Assembly (NCBI GenBank): GCA_038496445.1
Contig: JALMLS010000334.1
Span: 186,001-250,000 of the forward strand
Direction of reading: 5' to 3'
From: Trichosphaerium sp. ATCC 40318
Lineage: Eukaryota > Protista > Tubulinea
Length of the DNA stretch: 64,000 nucleotides
In this document: one piece after another, positions 1 to 12,519 of the stretch
Position numbering within the stretch: position 1 is the stretch's first letter
Layout of the letters: every line of letters begins with the position of its first letter
Position numbers and translations under genes: made by a program
The notes under the pieces: generated by a model
Told to the model about the DNA's origin: nothing
Seen by the model: only the letters and a program-made list of their open reading frames with translations
Databases searched by the model: none

Positions 1-599
1 AAAATAATGAGACAATTTTGATCAAAATGGTTAAAACGTACAGGTTTAGTGCCGTAATTATTAAGATATTTGCCTGCGTAGAACGTCTTATAGCCATTGG
101 AATTAGCAAAGTGAGCAACATTCAACTTTTCAGGCCCTACAGCAAGAAAATTACAACAACATTTCAGAAGAAAAAAAAAATCACGTGTTCCGAAAATTCG
201 GTTTGTATTTTTTCCACCGTACCTTCTTGCCATTCTGTACCGCCGCATCCGTTATCATATACCTTTGTATTATGCATATAACGACCTGTTTGAATCGTAG
301 CACGGCTTGGGCAACAAATTGGGGTAGCGACGAAGGCATTAGTGAAGTAAGCACCTAGTAACTGTAAAAACAATAATAGGACCAAAAAAACAAGCGGTAA
401 AGTTTTTCACAACAGCTTTTTTCTCGTTACAACAAATAGTACCCTGGTCTATTAAAAGTGATCTAGTCTTGTTCAAACAGGCCAAACTACCGAGTAAAAG
501 GTCTTGGTCATCTACAAGTACGAATACAACATTCTTTTTATCCGCAGCCGCAACAACGACAGATAAAAGGCAGCACACCAAAAAAAACTTGGTAACCAT
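1..599 (-). CDS. Secreted/lysosomal sulfatase, N-acetylglucosamine-6-sulfatase-like (5' part only; runs off the left edge)
   Basis: Signal peptide [19 protein letters not shown], then [11 protein letters not shown]; after a GT-AG intron, [23 protein letters not shown] carries the sulfatase CxPSR formylglycine motif. Confidence 0.9.
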
Positions 600-769
600 A
601 TTCACGTGGTGGATCTATCAGTTTTTGGAAGAGTTGTCTAAAGTCTCTAATATTCAAGGACTATCCGAGCGTAGTACTAACCTAAGTAACAACATGGTGT
701 GCGAAGTTTATGGCTAACGAAAGAAAGATATGAGTATGTACAATTCTTTTTTTTATTTCAATGTGTCAG

Positions 770-3700
770 CTACAAAGACCAAGATTTAGCACTTGCGTTT
801 TTGTTTCTTCCTCTCCTTCCACGACCACCGCGTCCACCACGACCACCGCGACCACCACGACCACCGCCACGACCACCACGGCCGCCACGGCCGCCTCTTC
901 CACCACGACTTCCGCCACGGCCTCCTCTACCACCGCGACCGCCTCTTGCGCGATTGGCACGACCGCGAGCGCTTCTTTCGTATCCTTGTCTTCCAATAGA
1001 AAATACACGCTCTTCTCTTTGAAATCTGTTCATCTTTTTGTGCTTATTGAGCTTTTGTTTCTTGCTTGGCTGAACCCATCCTGGGTTAGCATCAAGAGCT
1101 TGTTCAGCCAATAACATATCAGAATTAATCGTAGGTGCAAGAACATCAGGGTTTGCTTCTTCACGTTGACGTTTTTCTCTATGTCTGCGCCACTCTTCTT
1201 TCTTGGCGTTTTCAGCTTCTGATGGATCCTAGAAAACACAGGTGAGTATAAAATAAGGACATATAAAAGGTGAAGGTAGTGCCCTCATAGAATGTGAATA
1301 AAGAGATTGGTTTTATACAAAATAAAATCCAAGAAAAAAAAATGGGAGTTAGTTCGTACCATAACCGGTTTCCTGTTTGGAATATGCTCACGAGGTACAT
1401 AATCCTTATGGATATGCCACCCTTCAAGTCCATCATAATAACCAAAAAGTCGTACAGGTTTCTTATAGTTAATGGCATCCTTCAGTACACGTTTTGAAAT
1501 GTACTTATCAAACAACTAATAAAAAAAATCAGCGGGTGGACAACAAAAACACAAAGAATACGAACCTCATGGAAAGACATATCTTGCATCTCACTTAATG
1601 CGAAATCACGTGGTAGACTCTTATCAGATAGACCATGTGCAAATGTAGCCAAGAAAGGTACATAGTGGTTAGGAAGTGCTTGGATTTCCCAAAGCGATGA
1701 GGACTCAATACCACTTTCACTAAAGTTAGTACATTCAAAGTCATACGGATCTCCTTCAATCTCCTTGGATAGCATGAGCGGTCCAGAAGTTGCTAAAGAG
1801 GTATTGAGTTAAAGAAGCTCATAGACAGTACTGAAAGGTAAAATGAAGGATTATCGTACGTTTTGTGTTATGGACTAAGAACTGAGTGAAAGGGTGGATT
1901 TGTAAAATCTTATAAATGACAGCAACGATACCAACAATAGAAGGTGCTGATACGAATAACGCCTAAAAAAACTCTGTAAACTAATTGCTCTCCAACTACT
2001 ACTATAATATAAATAATACGTACAACACGTGCTAGTCTCTTGGCTAGACAAGCCAAAAACAAGTTTGTAACAAAGCTAGATAAGGTAAGTTCAAAATGTT
2101 GTAGTTTGATATGTAGCTTTCTTTTTTTTTTTACCTTGATTTTATGACACGGTGAAGGAGAATAGTGAATCCCTTTCTGTCCAGGGCATTAATATAAAAT
2201 AACCTTGGGGTAACTAGAGAATAAAATCGTGGTAATAGGTTCGGAAAATCAACACCATCTTCAGAAACAAGACGCCAAATAATCCAGAAGCCAAGGAACT
2301 TTAAAAAAGTCGTTAAGTACTATTTCAGAATTACTCTTTTAAAAACGTACTGGAGAGCTTCCTTCCTTGTTAAGCGCTTTAGATGCAAATTCAAGCATGA
2401 ATTTCTTGTTTGTAAGTCTATCTAGGGCGTTCTATAGAGGTTCAGTAAACGAGAAAAGGGCTCAAAATGATCGATAACATACGTGAGCAATTTCCTTCAA
2501 AACAGCTGGTAAAATGTCATCAGGAATATCTGATGTGACAAGTTTGAGCCATGCGCGGTAATACTCTTGTGATGAAGGAAGACGCCAACCGCTAACATTT
2601 ACTGATACACCAATAGAAGTAGCATTTTCACCCTTACTTAAAGCTCTGTAGAGAGAAAAAGGAGGTTACAAACAAGAATCAAGAGTTTAGTTTCGCGTAC
2701 TTTCTAATCTTCCTTTTTATCTTTGATTGAACAACACGCTCTTCTGTTAATGAATCAAGTCGTGGTGCTATTTAGTGTTATTAATTTACTTCTTGTTTAT
2801 AGTTATGCTTGATAAACATACCAATTTTAGGACCAAGGAATTCTGAAGGCTCGTGAGTATTTTTTTCATCTGACATTTGAAAAGTAGGTAGTATGAGTGG
2901 ATCATGCTTAATGTTCTTCTTTGATTGTTTTTTGATAGGACATATATGACTCAGTATGCATAAGGTATTAAGTATAACATTCCTATGTTTTATCATCGTG
3001 ACTTTACCATACACACCTAAATACGAAGGCGATGTGAGAAGAACAGCACGTGCAATTTAAAATAAAAAAAATGATAAGTTTTACCTAAATCAATTTGTTT
3101 TTTCTTTTCTACTCTTGCTACTCTATACAACTCCAGCATTTCTCTATTGTTATAGTTAATTAGTACTCTTCAACAAACAAATAAAGGGTTTATATTTACC
3201 TGACACTCTGCATTGCGAAGTGTTTTACATCCCTGTATTGACAAAAAAGTCTTCCGTAAAGCCTTGATTTTTCAACATTAAAATTCTTGTTTAGAATCAA
3301 GTTGGTAATAACTTGTGTCAATAGAGCCGGTTTAGGCTCTCCTCCATTATGTACAATCTCGAATCTTGCACGAGAATCAACAACAAGCAAATATTGTATC
3401 ATATCGACCTGAAAACGCTTTGAGTACAGAACAATAAAAATCAGATAAAAAATTCTGTACCTGGACATTTATTGATTTATCATGAAGTTTTTTGAGTAAA
3501 AACGCAACGAACGCGACGTACGCCTTTTGTAAGGCGTTAGAGACAACATGTTGAGCCTTTTGAATTACAACCTGCGAAATAGATCAGGATCGTTACCAAA
3601 CGTGTGAGGTATTAAATTAGACTTATTCTACGCGTTTTGTAACAATATAGAGGTATTTTATAGCAATGCAATGTCAAATTGAGAAAATGTAAATATGTCG

Positions 3701-3991
3701 TTTACCGACAGCGTTACGTATACTTACACCATTTTTATCGCGTTTGGGAGGCTTTGGAAAATGTAGGAAAGTGTTTGTGTCGTAGTAATGCTTGAAGACG
3801 TCAAACGTAACGTCAATTGCCAAGGTTGATGTAGCAACGTCTTTGGCCTAATATACCGTTTGTTTAAGTGGCGCAGTAACAGTGCGTACCCTGCAATACG
3901 CCCACAAGTCCACTATCTTCGTAACATTCGCTTTTGAGCTTTTTATGCTCTTAGCAAGCGTTTTAATGGCAATTTCTGTATTTTCTGTCAT
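770..3991 (-). CDS. NOC4: Nucleolar complex protein 4 (CBF/Mak21 family) with a C-terminal RGG extension, multi-exon
   Basis: Spliced translation gives GVDFPNLLPRFYSLV, LACLAKRLARV and GDPYD...SSSLWEIQALPNHYVP, matching NOC4L motifs (YPDFYRKLY, AAFAKRLARL, DPYD..SSLWELQAL.HY.P). The last exon splices in frame into RGG repeats and stops at 770. Confidence 0.8.
820..945 (-). repeat. Imperfect 9-nt tandem repeat encoding RGG/GAR repeats
   Basis: ccaccacga/ccgccacgg-type units on the + strand read as RGGRGGRGG on the - strand; the poly-Pro, poly-Thr and His-rich ORFs here are shadows of it. Confidence 0.9.
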
Positions 3992-4317
3992 GTAAATTAA
4001 TAACCCTTTGTTACGAGCTGTAGTTTAATAACACAAGAGCCAGTCGCCGTTTTAAATACAGGAAACAGTCGAGAAGAAAAACAGAGAAAATGCGTTGACT
4101 TCTGTACAGCAGTTTTTTTGCTCTTCTATTTTTTTACCGAAACTTTACGGCAAACCAGTTACTATTTCAGTTCGTTCACAGACAACAGCAACAGACGATT
4201 TCTCGTCAACGTTCGTTAACTAACTATGCGTTGTGGACATCGTCTAAAGCAAACAAAAGCTCGGGCGCGAGATAATCTCGTGTCAGGCGATAATTAGTCT
4301 AGAGGCGCTCAGTATTG

Positions 4318-5407
4318 TTAAAAAGACCAACGTTTTTTATTGTATAATGAAGCTTGCTTAATAAGTATAGCGCAACTCGGTAACGAATATGCTCTTTGCC
4401 TTTGCCTTGTTTGCTGACTTGTGCTAGGATAATCTGTAGATGTTGTACCTCGTGACATTGTTTCAGTATTGTTTCGTTGAACAGGCCACCTGTTATTCGT
4501 CTTGCTAACTGAACGCTTCATTACTTTTGTGCCAACGTCTTGAAGTCGTCGTGTACTCTCCTTGGCCTCCCATTGTGATCTTGAACGGTATCTTGGCTGG
4601 CAAGGAGGTACTGTTTGTTGGAGGGTACCCTTGGATGCTGCGATTGGCACTGTTGTACTGAGGCTTGTTTTTAACCTTTTTGTAGGTTTTGAAGATTGTG
4701 TTGGTTGTATACTGTTTCTTCGCTTCTTGTATCTCCCTCTGTATTGTTCGTTGATCTTTAACGGTATGCCATCGACATAAATCGGATACTGAAATTCAGA
4801 TGGCGTAGTACCTCTCAGTGGTAACCGAAGTGTTCTTGGGAACCATGAGGGGTTTATTGTAAGCTTTTTTGGAGCACTAGGTACGGTTATTTTTTTTAAT
4901 ATAGTTTAAGAAAACACGTGAGAGGTAAAAACGTGATGAATAAACGCGAATAATTCTAAAAAAAAAAAAAAGGGAGAACGTGGCTGGAAAAAAAAAAACA
5001 AAAAAAAAAAATTCAGCCACTTTTCCTTGGGTTGCTCCGAAATTTTGTTTGTTTAGTTTATGATAAAGCGGATATTCTAATAAACCGCGACCCGAAAAAA
5101 TATGTATCGCGCCTTTTCAAAAAGAACAAAGAACTCCACAGCAAAAAAATTACCAAAAACGTTTTTTTACAAAATCACGTGCTTTGTAAAAAAAAAAATT
5201 GTAATACCTGCTTGGAATTTGCCGATACTCAAAATTTGCGCTCGTTTGTATGTCGCTGACACTTTGTAGGCTATACACACGCTTTGAAGTGTTGCTGTTT
5301 GCCATGCGTCTTGTTTGTGGCCTCGGTGGTGTTTGTATGAAGGTTTTGCATGGATCTGTTCCTACAAGTGTTGGTAGGCTTCCTCTTGTTGGTCTGTATG
5401 CCATCAT
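4318..5407 (-). CDS. Hypothetical basic, probably disordered protein (2 exons, ~250 aa)
   Basis: ORF 5407-5208 splices in frame across a GT-AG intron (4877-5207) into an open frame that runs to the stop at 4318; S/T/R/K-rich with no recognisable domain. Confidence 0.5.
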
Positions 5408-7851
5408 TGCTTAAAAGGTACGAGTTTGTGGATGTGTTGTGTGTGTTGTTTGCTTGTCAAAAAGTAAAATTGTCTAACTTTTAAAAAAAGAGCACGAGAG
5501 TTTCTCCTACATAGAACAAGTTAATCAAATTGTGAAGTATCAAAAAGAATAGAAGGATATTGGTTTATAGTACGCGCAGTAATTCCACAAGTTTTAAAAA
5601 TGGTACAAGACAAGCAAAAGCAATGTTCATTTTTTTTTCTTTATTCAAAAATATCCGCTTTCTATGGTGTGCTGTTCTAATGAACAAAAGCTATGGCTTA
5701 CCTTCTTTTGCTATTTTCAATCATTCGGTAGTTTAATGTTTGTGCTTCGACGAACAATTTAACCGGAGTTTCTCACGTGTTTATTAATAGGTTGTCAAGG
5801 CGTGGAGTTAAAAACCTTGCTTCAAAGTGTGTTCACTTAGTGATTTTTTTACAGCGATACCTCGTCACTTGTATGTCACTCTAATGGTCATCCAATCATA
5901 TTCTTCTCTGTATTTTCCCTTGGAAAAATTGTTACGGTAAACTATCAAAAGTAACCATCGCATCATCAAAAAATGTAGCTTGAGTTACGAAGTAAAAAGT
6001 TTTTTTCAAAAAAGGCTGTAAAAGACTTCCATGATATCAATTAAAATGTCTGAACGTGTTTCATCAAAATAAAAGACTACTAATTCTTCCAGTCACTAAA
6101 AAAATAGTCAAGGATATCACCAGAGTGCGTAGTTCTTAAATGAAAGTAACTGAAAGGAAAAAAAAAATTAGGATAATTCTCACCAAATTAAAAAAAACAT
6201 GTGCGCACTCGTGGAGTTTTGGTAGTGCCTCTACACTTTCAAATCTGGTCTCTGTGATTATAGTGTTTATCTATTCGCTTTATAACATCACCCCACACGC
6301 TGTGGGGCTGCACAGTTCCCACGTTTATCAATTCCAAGCTCCAAAGACAATTCAAACTAGACGTAAAACACCAAGACACAAAATAACGCATTGCTAGGAG
6401 CAAGCGTACATGCAAGGTACCTACACGTTTTCAAGTATTCGCACCTAAAACTATAGTACACAAAGCAGTATTGTCGTTAAAGAAGTGCCGAAAAATACTA
6501 CGGAGGAATGCGGGCCCGATAATAGAAACACTGGACTCACATTGCAAGTATACAACATTGGACACACAAGGATCTATAAACAGAACAGTAGAATTCTTAG
6601 AACGGCTTCATCCTTGCGACGTGAATCTAGTATCATAGCATTGGACACGTGATTATGTGAGATTATTCGACGCTAGTGATACTACCGGAAGCTTCGTTGT
6701 CAGACTCTCTGAGTTAAACAGCAAGGATAATATCTTGAGTGTTTTTGCTGGAAGGGTTTTCAAGCGGGTCTTCGTGTTTCCAGAATATACAGCAAACTGC
6801 GATCCCGCCTGAACATAAAGATTTCTCTATGAACCATCCTGCTAAATCACATTGGCGCGATTTAAATAAAGTAGGCCTTGTTCCAACAAAATGAATCAAA
6901 AATGTCTAATTTGAAGTACTTCAGTCTCTTTTATAAAAAATCACGTGAAACAAGTGATTTAGCGTAATGCTTTCAGGTGATTAATGCCTCTTGTGTGTAT
7001 TGAAAAGTTTGACACTATGATACTTCAATGTTACATGCTTTGACGCACAATTATGATGTCAAACTTTTAAAATAATAGGGCTTTCCCAAAGAGCTTGTGT
7101 TGTACAACACTGTGGCGTGGATCGCGCCTGTATTTAAGCTTGCTTAAGTCGAATAAAGAAAACAAAATAACACTTTACAATCACACTAATTTTCCGCCAA
7201 TCAATCGCAGTCAAAATAATCCTACTTTGATTGGCAAATGTTTTGGCAAACAAAGCAAGAGATATCCGAAAACAAAGCCCGAAAAAAAACCCCACTGAGC
7301 CTTATAATCATCCTACGATGCCTCGTATGTCAAAATCCTAATCCTCGTTATTTTCTGTAACATTAACTACTCTGCATCATCAATCCTGGTAGTATTTTTT
7401 TCCTATAGTACGTCAAATACAACTAGCTATTCAGGCACTGAAGCTAGAACGGAAAAAATACGAATTGGGGTTTTCTGTAATCCCAAAAAAAACTGCAAGA
7501 TCATCATCCTCAGACTTTTTTTATTTTACTATTTACAAGAGTCACGTTTATACACAAGAGATATATTATAAAGATTCACATACTTCGCTTTGAAACGACA
7601 TAAAAAAAAAAACTTTACGACTTTACGAAAGTCAACATTAGGCCACAACAACCTTTTCTTGTTTCACGTGATTTTCTTCTTCTTCTTGATCAACAATTGA
7701 TTGACGTTTATTTCTCTGATTATTCTTTCTCATTTGCCTGAAAGCTTTTAACAAATAATTCGATTTTTCTTCATTAGCAGTTCGTGTATGTCCATCTTTT
7801 GTTTTAACTTATTAGTTTTTGTATGAAATTATAAATAGACTAACTATACTA

Positions 7852-9720
7852 CTACTTTGCTGCAAGGGGAGATAAGTTTTTTTTTTGTGTTTTGTACGTA
7901 CTCAATAGAAAGTTAGATACACGCTCTCCAAACCATCTAGGTTCTTTCAAAAAAGCATCATGACCATAAAGAGAAGATAACTCCTCGTATTTAACATCTC
8001 GTCCTATTATGACGTTAAGTTTTCAATTATACGCTTTCTAGCGTACCTAAAGCCTTTAATAGATCGAACAGCTGGCGTTGCTCTGAAGGAGGTATCAGGA
8101 TATCTCTGTCAACGCCAAGAATTAATGATTCTGCTTGTATCCTCTGAACTCCTACATTGGAATGTTAGTTTTAGCTGTAATGTTTTTTTATGGACAAACT
8201 ACAAGACCTACCTTCATAGTAAACTCTCGAACCTCGCCCAAGATCGTGAAGGTCCATAGTACGGGATAGTAGTAAGTAGCAGTTAGCATCGAATTTATTT
8301 ACAAACTTGGCTGCTGTGGTTTCAAGGTACTTTTCGACTTCGAAAGTAGCATTGCCCACATCTAAAAGGCAGTCGTTAGGGTTCATAAATCAACTCAATT
8401 ACGTACTATATGGTGGTGAAGCGTCCCAGTCGAATCTGTCATTAAATTCATCACGTGATCTGTAACAAAATATACCAAGTTCACGTGCTACAGACATTCC
8501 TGTTCATAGGTTTAGATTTTGTTTTCCAATGAGTTGAAGAGCTTATTTTGCAGTACCTTCGTTTGGTTGCTCATTAGGCTCATAGAGACCATCTTTAAAT
8601 TTTGGATCAGTCATAATAGCCTTACGTTGAATACGGCGTAACGCCTAACAGCAGGTTTTAAAAAAAAGGCACATAAGGACATAAGAATATACGCACAACT
8701 GTCCCTGGCGTTGATTTGCCAGTAGCTGAAATACTAACAATTTTGTTTACAATGTCAGGTCGCATTGCAGCTAATTGTACTGTTTGCATGCCTCCCAAAC
8801 TACTGCCTACCTAATAACAATGTTATAATCAGTGCGACTAATAAAAGCTCAAAATACATACCACATAACAGTTTTTAACGCCAAGATGATCCAACACCAT
8901 ACCGTGCACTCGTGCTTGGTCAGCCGTTGTAATTTGTGGATAATGTGGTCCATATCTAGGAAGAAGAGTTATTTTAGGATTTGGTATCCAAAGTTATGTG
9001 GACCACACGTACTGTTTTCCAGTTGTAGGATCAATGCTAATAGGCGACGTAGTACCTAACAAAAACTGTTAAAATCGACATTGGCTTTTTTACAAAGTGC
9101 TTCAAGTTTTAAAACAACAAGACATGGTTTACTAACCAAAAGGTGATCCAAGGATAGCAGGACACACAACACGAAAGTAGTCAGTATCAATAGCTTTGCC
9201 AGGTCCCAACATTTCTAGATAAAAAATGATTAACGGAAAACTCACTCCGTTTAGAGGTCACGTTTAGACCACACCACGTGGTGTCGTACATACCTTCCCA
9301 CCAACCTGGTGTAGGGTCTGCTGTCGACGATCTACAGTGTGATGACGCGGAAAGAGCTGGAACCTGTTGTGACGCCGGTTAGAGCTGTGAAGAGTCTATA
9401 CTTATTAAACATGTACCACTACTACTGTTGGTCCGTTTTCTGGGCCCCATGTCTCATACACGACCTCTACTTCTGGTAGACTAAGTTGTTTTTGAGTTGT
9501 GTTAGTAAAAAGTGACTCTAGTACCTTCCGCCAAGCTCTAGATCAATTTTTTGCTATGTAAACGTTTAGTTGACCAGTATTCGCATGTTTTTGAACGTAC
9601 ATCAAATTTTACGCGTTTAACAGCGCCTGTAATAGCGTAACGACGCTTTGTCGCCCGCACGCGGACATGTTTATTATTTACAGCGCGAGAATATCGTAGT
9701 CCTATGCCTTTACTAAGCAT
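7852..9720 (-). CDS. MetX-family homoserine/serine O-acyltransferase (alpha/beta hydrolase) with probable mitochondrial presequence
   Basis: YETWG, PALSASSH, GWWE.MLGPGKAIDT, nucleophile GSSLGGMQ, FDANCYLLLSRTMD and YGHDAFL motifs; Arg-rich N-terminus lacking acidic residues. Confidence 0.9.
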
Positions 9721-9946
9721 CTGTTCGTTTTATATGTAGGTGGAGTAAATTCTCCACTTACCCCTGAAAACCGCAAGCTTTTTGTTAAGCGTGCTATTAA
9801 CAATTTCTAAATTAAGCATAACTCACTGAAAAATGCTTGAACGTTTTCCCAAACGCTGTAATATACTCTGTTATTAATATGTACGCTTATATGTTGTTGT
9901 TAAGCAGCATCCAAAAACGTGAAGAAAATTTCTTATCGTTTTTGCC

Positions 9947-12393
9947 ATGTTGCGTGTCACTGAGGCTCCAAATTCTCTTACAACGAACTTAGATGCCGTT
10001 GATTGCAAAGGCATAGTCCGTATACTGCGTGGATCAGATGCACAAATATTTTCAGGGTGGAAGGCTCATTTTGGCTTGTATGATGGTTAGCGAGCGTAGT
10101 ATAGTAAATTTACGCTAATTATGTAAAGAACCAAACCACAATACAATGGAGAAGCTTATTAAAATCATTTCAGACACTCTCGTCGCAAAAAAGAAGCTCC
10201 AGGTAGACTAACAGCGTAATTCTTAGTTACTTTCTCACAATTTAAGATTATAATGAGCGGTGCTGGTACATCAGGGCGTCTAGCACACTTTGTAGCACGC
10301 GCAATGACGCTAGCAAAAGGAGACGCTACAATAAAATACGACTACCTTATTGCAGGTACGTTACACCTCCTTTCGACGCCCTTGGAGCGTATGTAGCTTA
10401 CAGAAGTATAAGGTGGAGACTTGGCGTTGATCAAATCACAAGAAGGTGCAGAAGATGATGTACAACGTTCAGTATCAGATTTGAAGTCTATAATTGACGC
10501 TTCTTGTGATGCTGTCATGTACATTGGTAAACAACCATTTGGCTACCTCCCAAAACCATAGCAATACTCGACAAAGAACCTTACTTTTTTGTCATATTGT
10601 AGGTATCACGTGTGGTCTTTCTGCACCGTATGTGGCTGGTCAGCTAGATTGGTTAATGGACACAATGGTGCGAGATCCCGTTTTGGAGGTTGGGTTTCTT
10701 TGTTTTGACGTTCGTTGTGTTAGGAAGATGATACTGATGGTAGAACGTTTTATCCAGTTTTGATGGGTTTTAATCCTATCGCTCTTGCTCGTACCAGAAT
10801 CATTGAACGATGGACAAAGAGTTTTTCCATTGTTGCAAACAGACTTGAAGAAAAAGCTGGCCGCAACGAAGATTGCTACATACTAAACCCTGTTATTGGA
10901 CCTGAGGTATTATCCCCAACAAAGTACCACACATTGCTTATAATTTTTTTTTAAATAGAGCCTTACTGGTTCAACAAGAATGAAGAGTGGTAGCACAACT
11001 AGTATTTTACTACTGGCACTACTATGTAATGGCTTGATGAACAGTAAAACTGGAGAACAGAAATCACATGTTAGGACATTCTATACATACGAAGATACAT
11101 GTAGAGCTACATATCTGAATATTAACACCATTGCTGCTGTGGTAGAAGTACGTCAAAATTAAAACACGTGATTTTGTTTTTATTTTTAGCTTAACTAAAT
11201 GTTGTTAATCTTCTGTTAGTGCGCTGGTACATCCCTTAAGAATAACGGGCATGTGTACTACGTAGGTGCTGTGACAGATATTTCTTTGTCACGTCTTTTT
11301 ACAAATATTTACTAGGTGAGGGTACACTCGGTATACTAGGCCTGATAGATGCATCAGAATGTCCACCGACATTTGGCGCAAAATACACTGATGTTCGCGG
11401 TTTTGTAGTAGGGTACCTGATTTTTCTTTGGCGTGTTTGTTGTTTCTTAAATGGTACACTATCTGACATCTATAAAGGGGTTGGAAGACTCTAGGAAACA
11501 TAGATGGTGACCTTTCTAAAGAAGGATTTGCTTATAGAATCTCTGCAAACGAATTCGAAAAGAATATTATGCCAAAAATAACAAGTGAAGATACAGTCAT
11601 TTTCCTCCACAGCGAAGGGTCGAACACCACGGAGCTTACAAGTGTTGCAAAAAAAATAGGCGCTCTCAGTAGTAGCGCACCACATATCGCATCTTGCTAC
11701 TGGTATATGAAAGATGGAAACAATGTTATCACAAACACTGTAAAGAATGCCTTAGCAGTTAACGTGAAACTCCCACAATTCTCTTGTATGAATAATGTCA
11801 ATGGATTCCTTGAGTTCTCTGCTAAACTTGTACTCAATGCTATCACAACAGGTGGTCATGTTGTATCAGGAAGGGTATACAAGAACAGGTACATGGCGCT
11901 AAAGTTGACATTCATCAACAAATTTATGGCTTTTTGGCTTATTATTCAACGTCTAGGATGATAAACTTGGCTATTAGTAACAATAAGTTATACTACAGAG
12001 CTATTGGACTTGTAGCTGATCTACTAGGATTAGAAACAAGCGAATGTGAGACCTGTGTTTTACGTTCTATCTACTTGGTTGATGATGTAACAAAACAGAT
12101 TAGAGACAACCCAGTATCTCGTCACATCGATGAAGCTTCTAAACGAACTAAAATCGTACCTCTCGCAATGGTACGTGGCCCAGCTCAAAGCGTATTCAAA
12201 AATCGACCATTTTTACGTCATTTTTTTTCCCGTATTCCTTCTTACGCCTATCACGTGCCTTGTTATTATTTATATTCACTAACAAAAACCCAAGGTATTG
12301 GCTGGATCAAAGTGTACTGTGTCACGCGCTCAGGAAATGTTAAAGAAAGAGCCTATTGTCAGAAATATCATTCTACAACTTGTAGCTCAATAA
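9947..12393 (+). CDS. GCKR: Glucokinase-regulatory-protein-like / duplicated MurQ (two SIS domains)
   Basis: VTEAPNSLTTNLD, SGAGTSGRLA, IAGGDLALIKSQEGAEDD, GITCGLSAPYVAGQL, GFNP, GPESLTGSTRMKSG, DASECPPTFG..DVRGF, KLVLNAITTGGHV..G.VYKNRMINLAISNNKLYYRA. Confidence 0.85.
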
Positions 12394-12519
12394 ATCATAG
12401 CCCCTTCATCTTGTCCTTTTGAGTGTGAGTGTGTATCGATTTGGTCACATTTTTTTCTTTCCCCTTTTTATTTTTACCGAAATCGGCACGAGAAAAAAGC
12501 ACACTAACGATCTCCGGAG

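Noticed and set aside
699-1114. Plus-strand poly-Pro/Arg, poly-Thr and His-rich ORFs
   Set aside because: Antisense or alternative-frame shadows of the RGG-coding repeat in NOC4.
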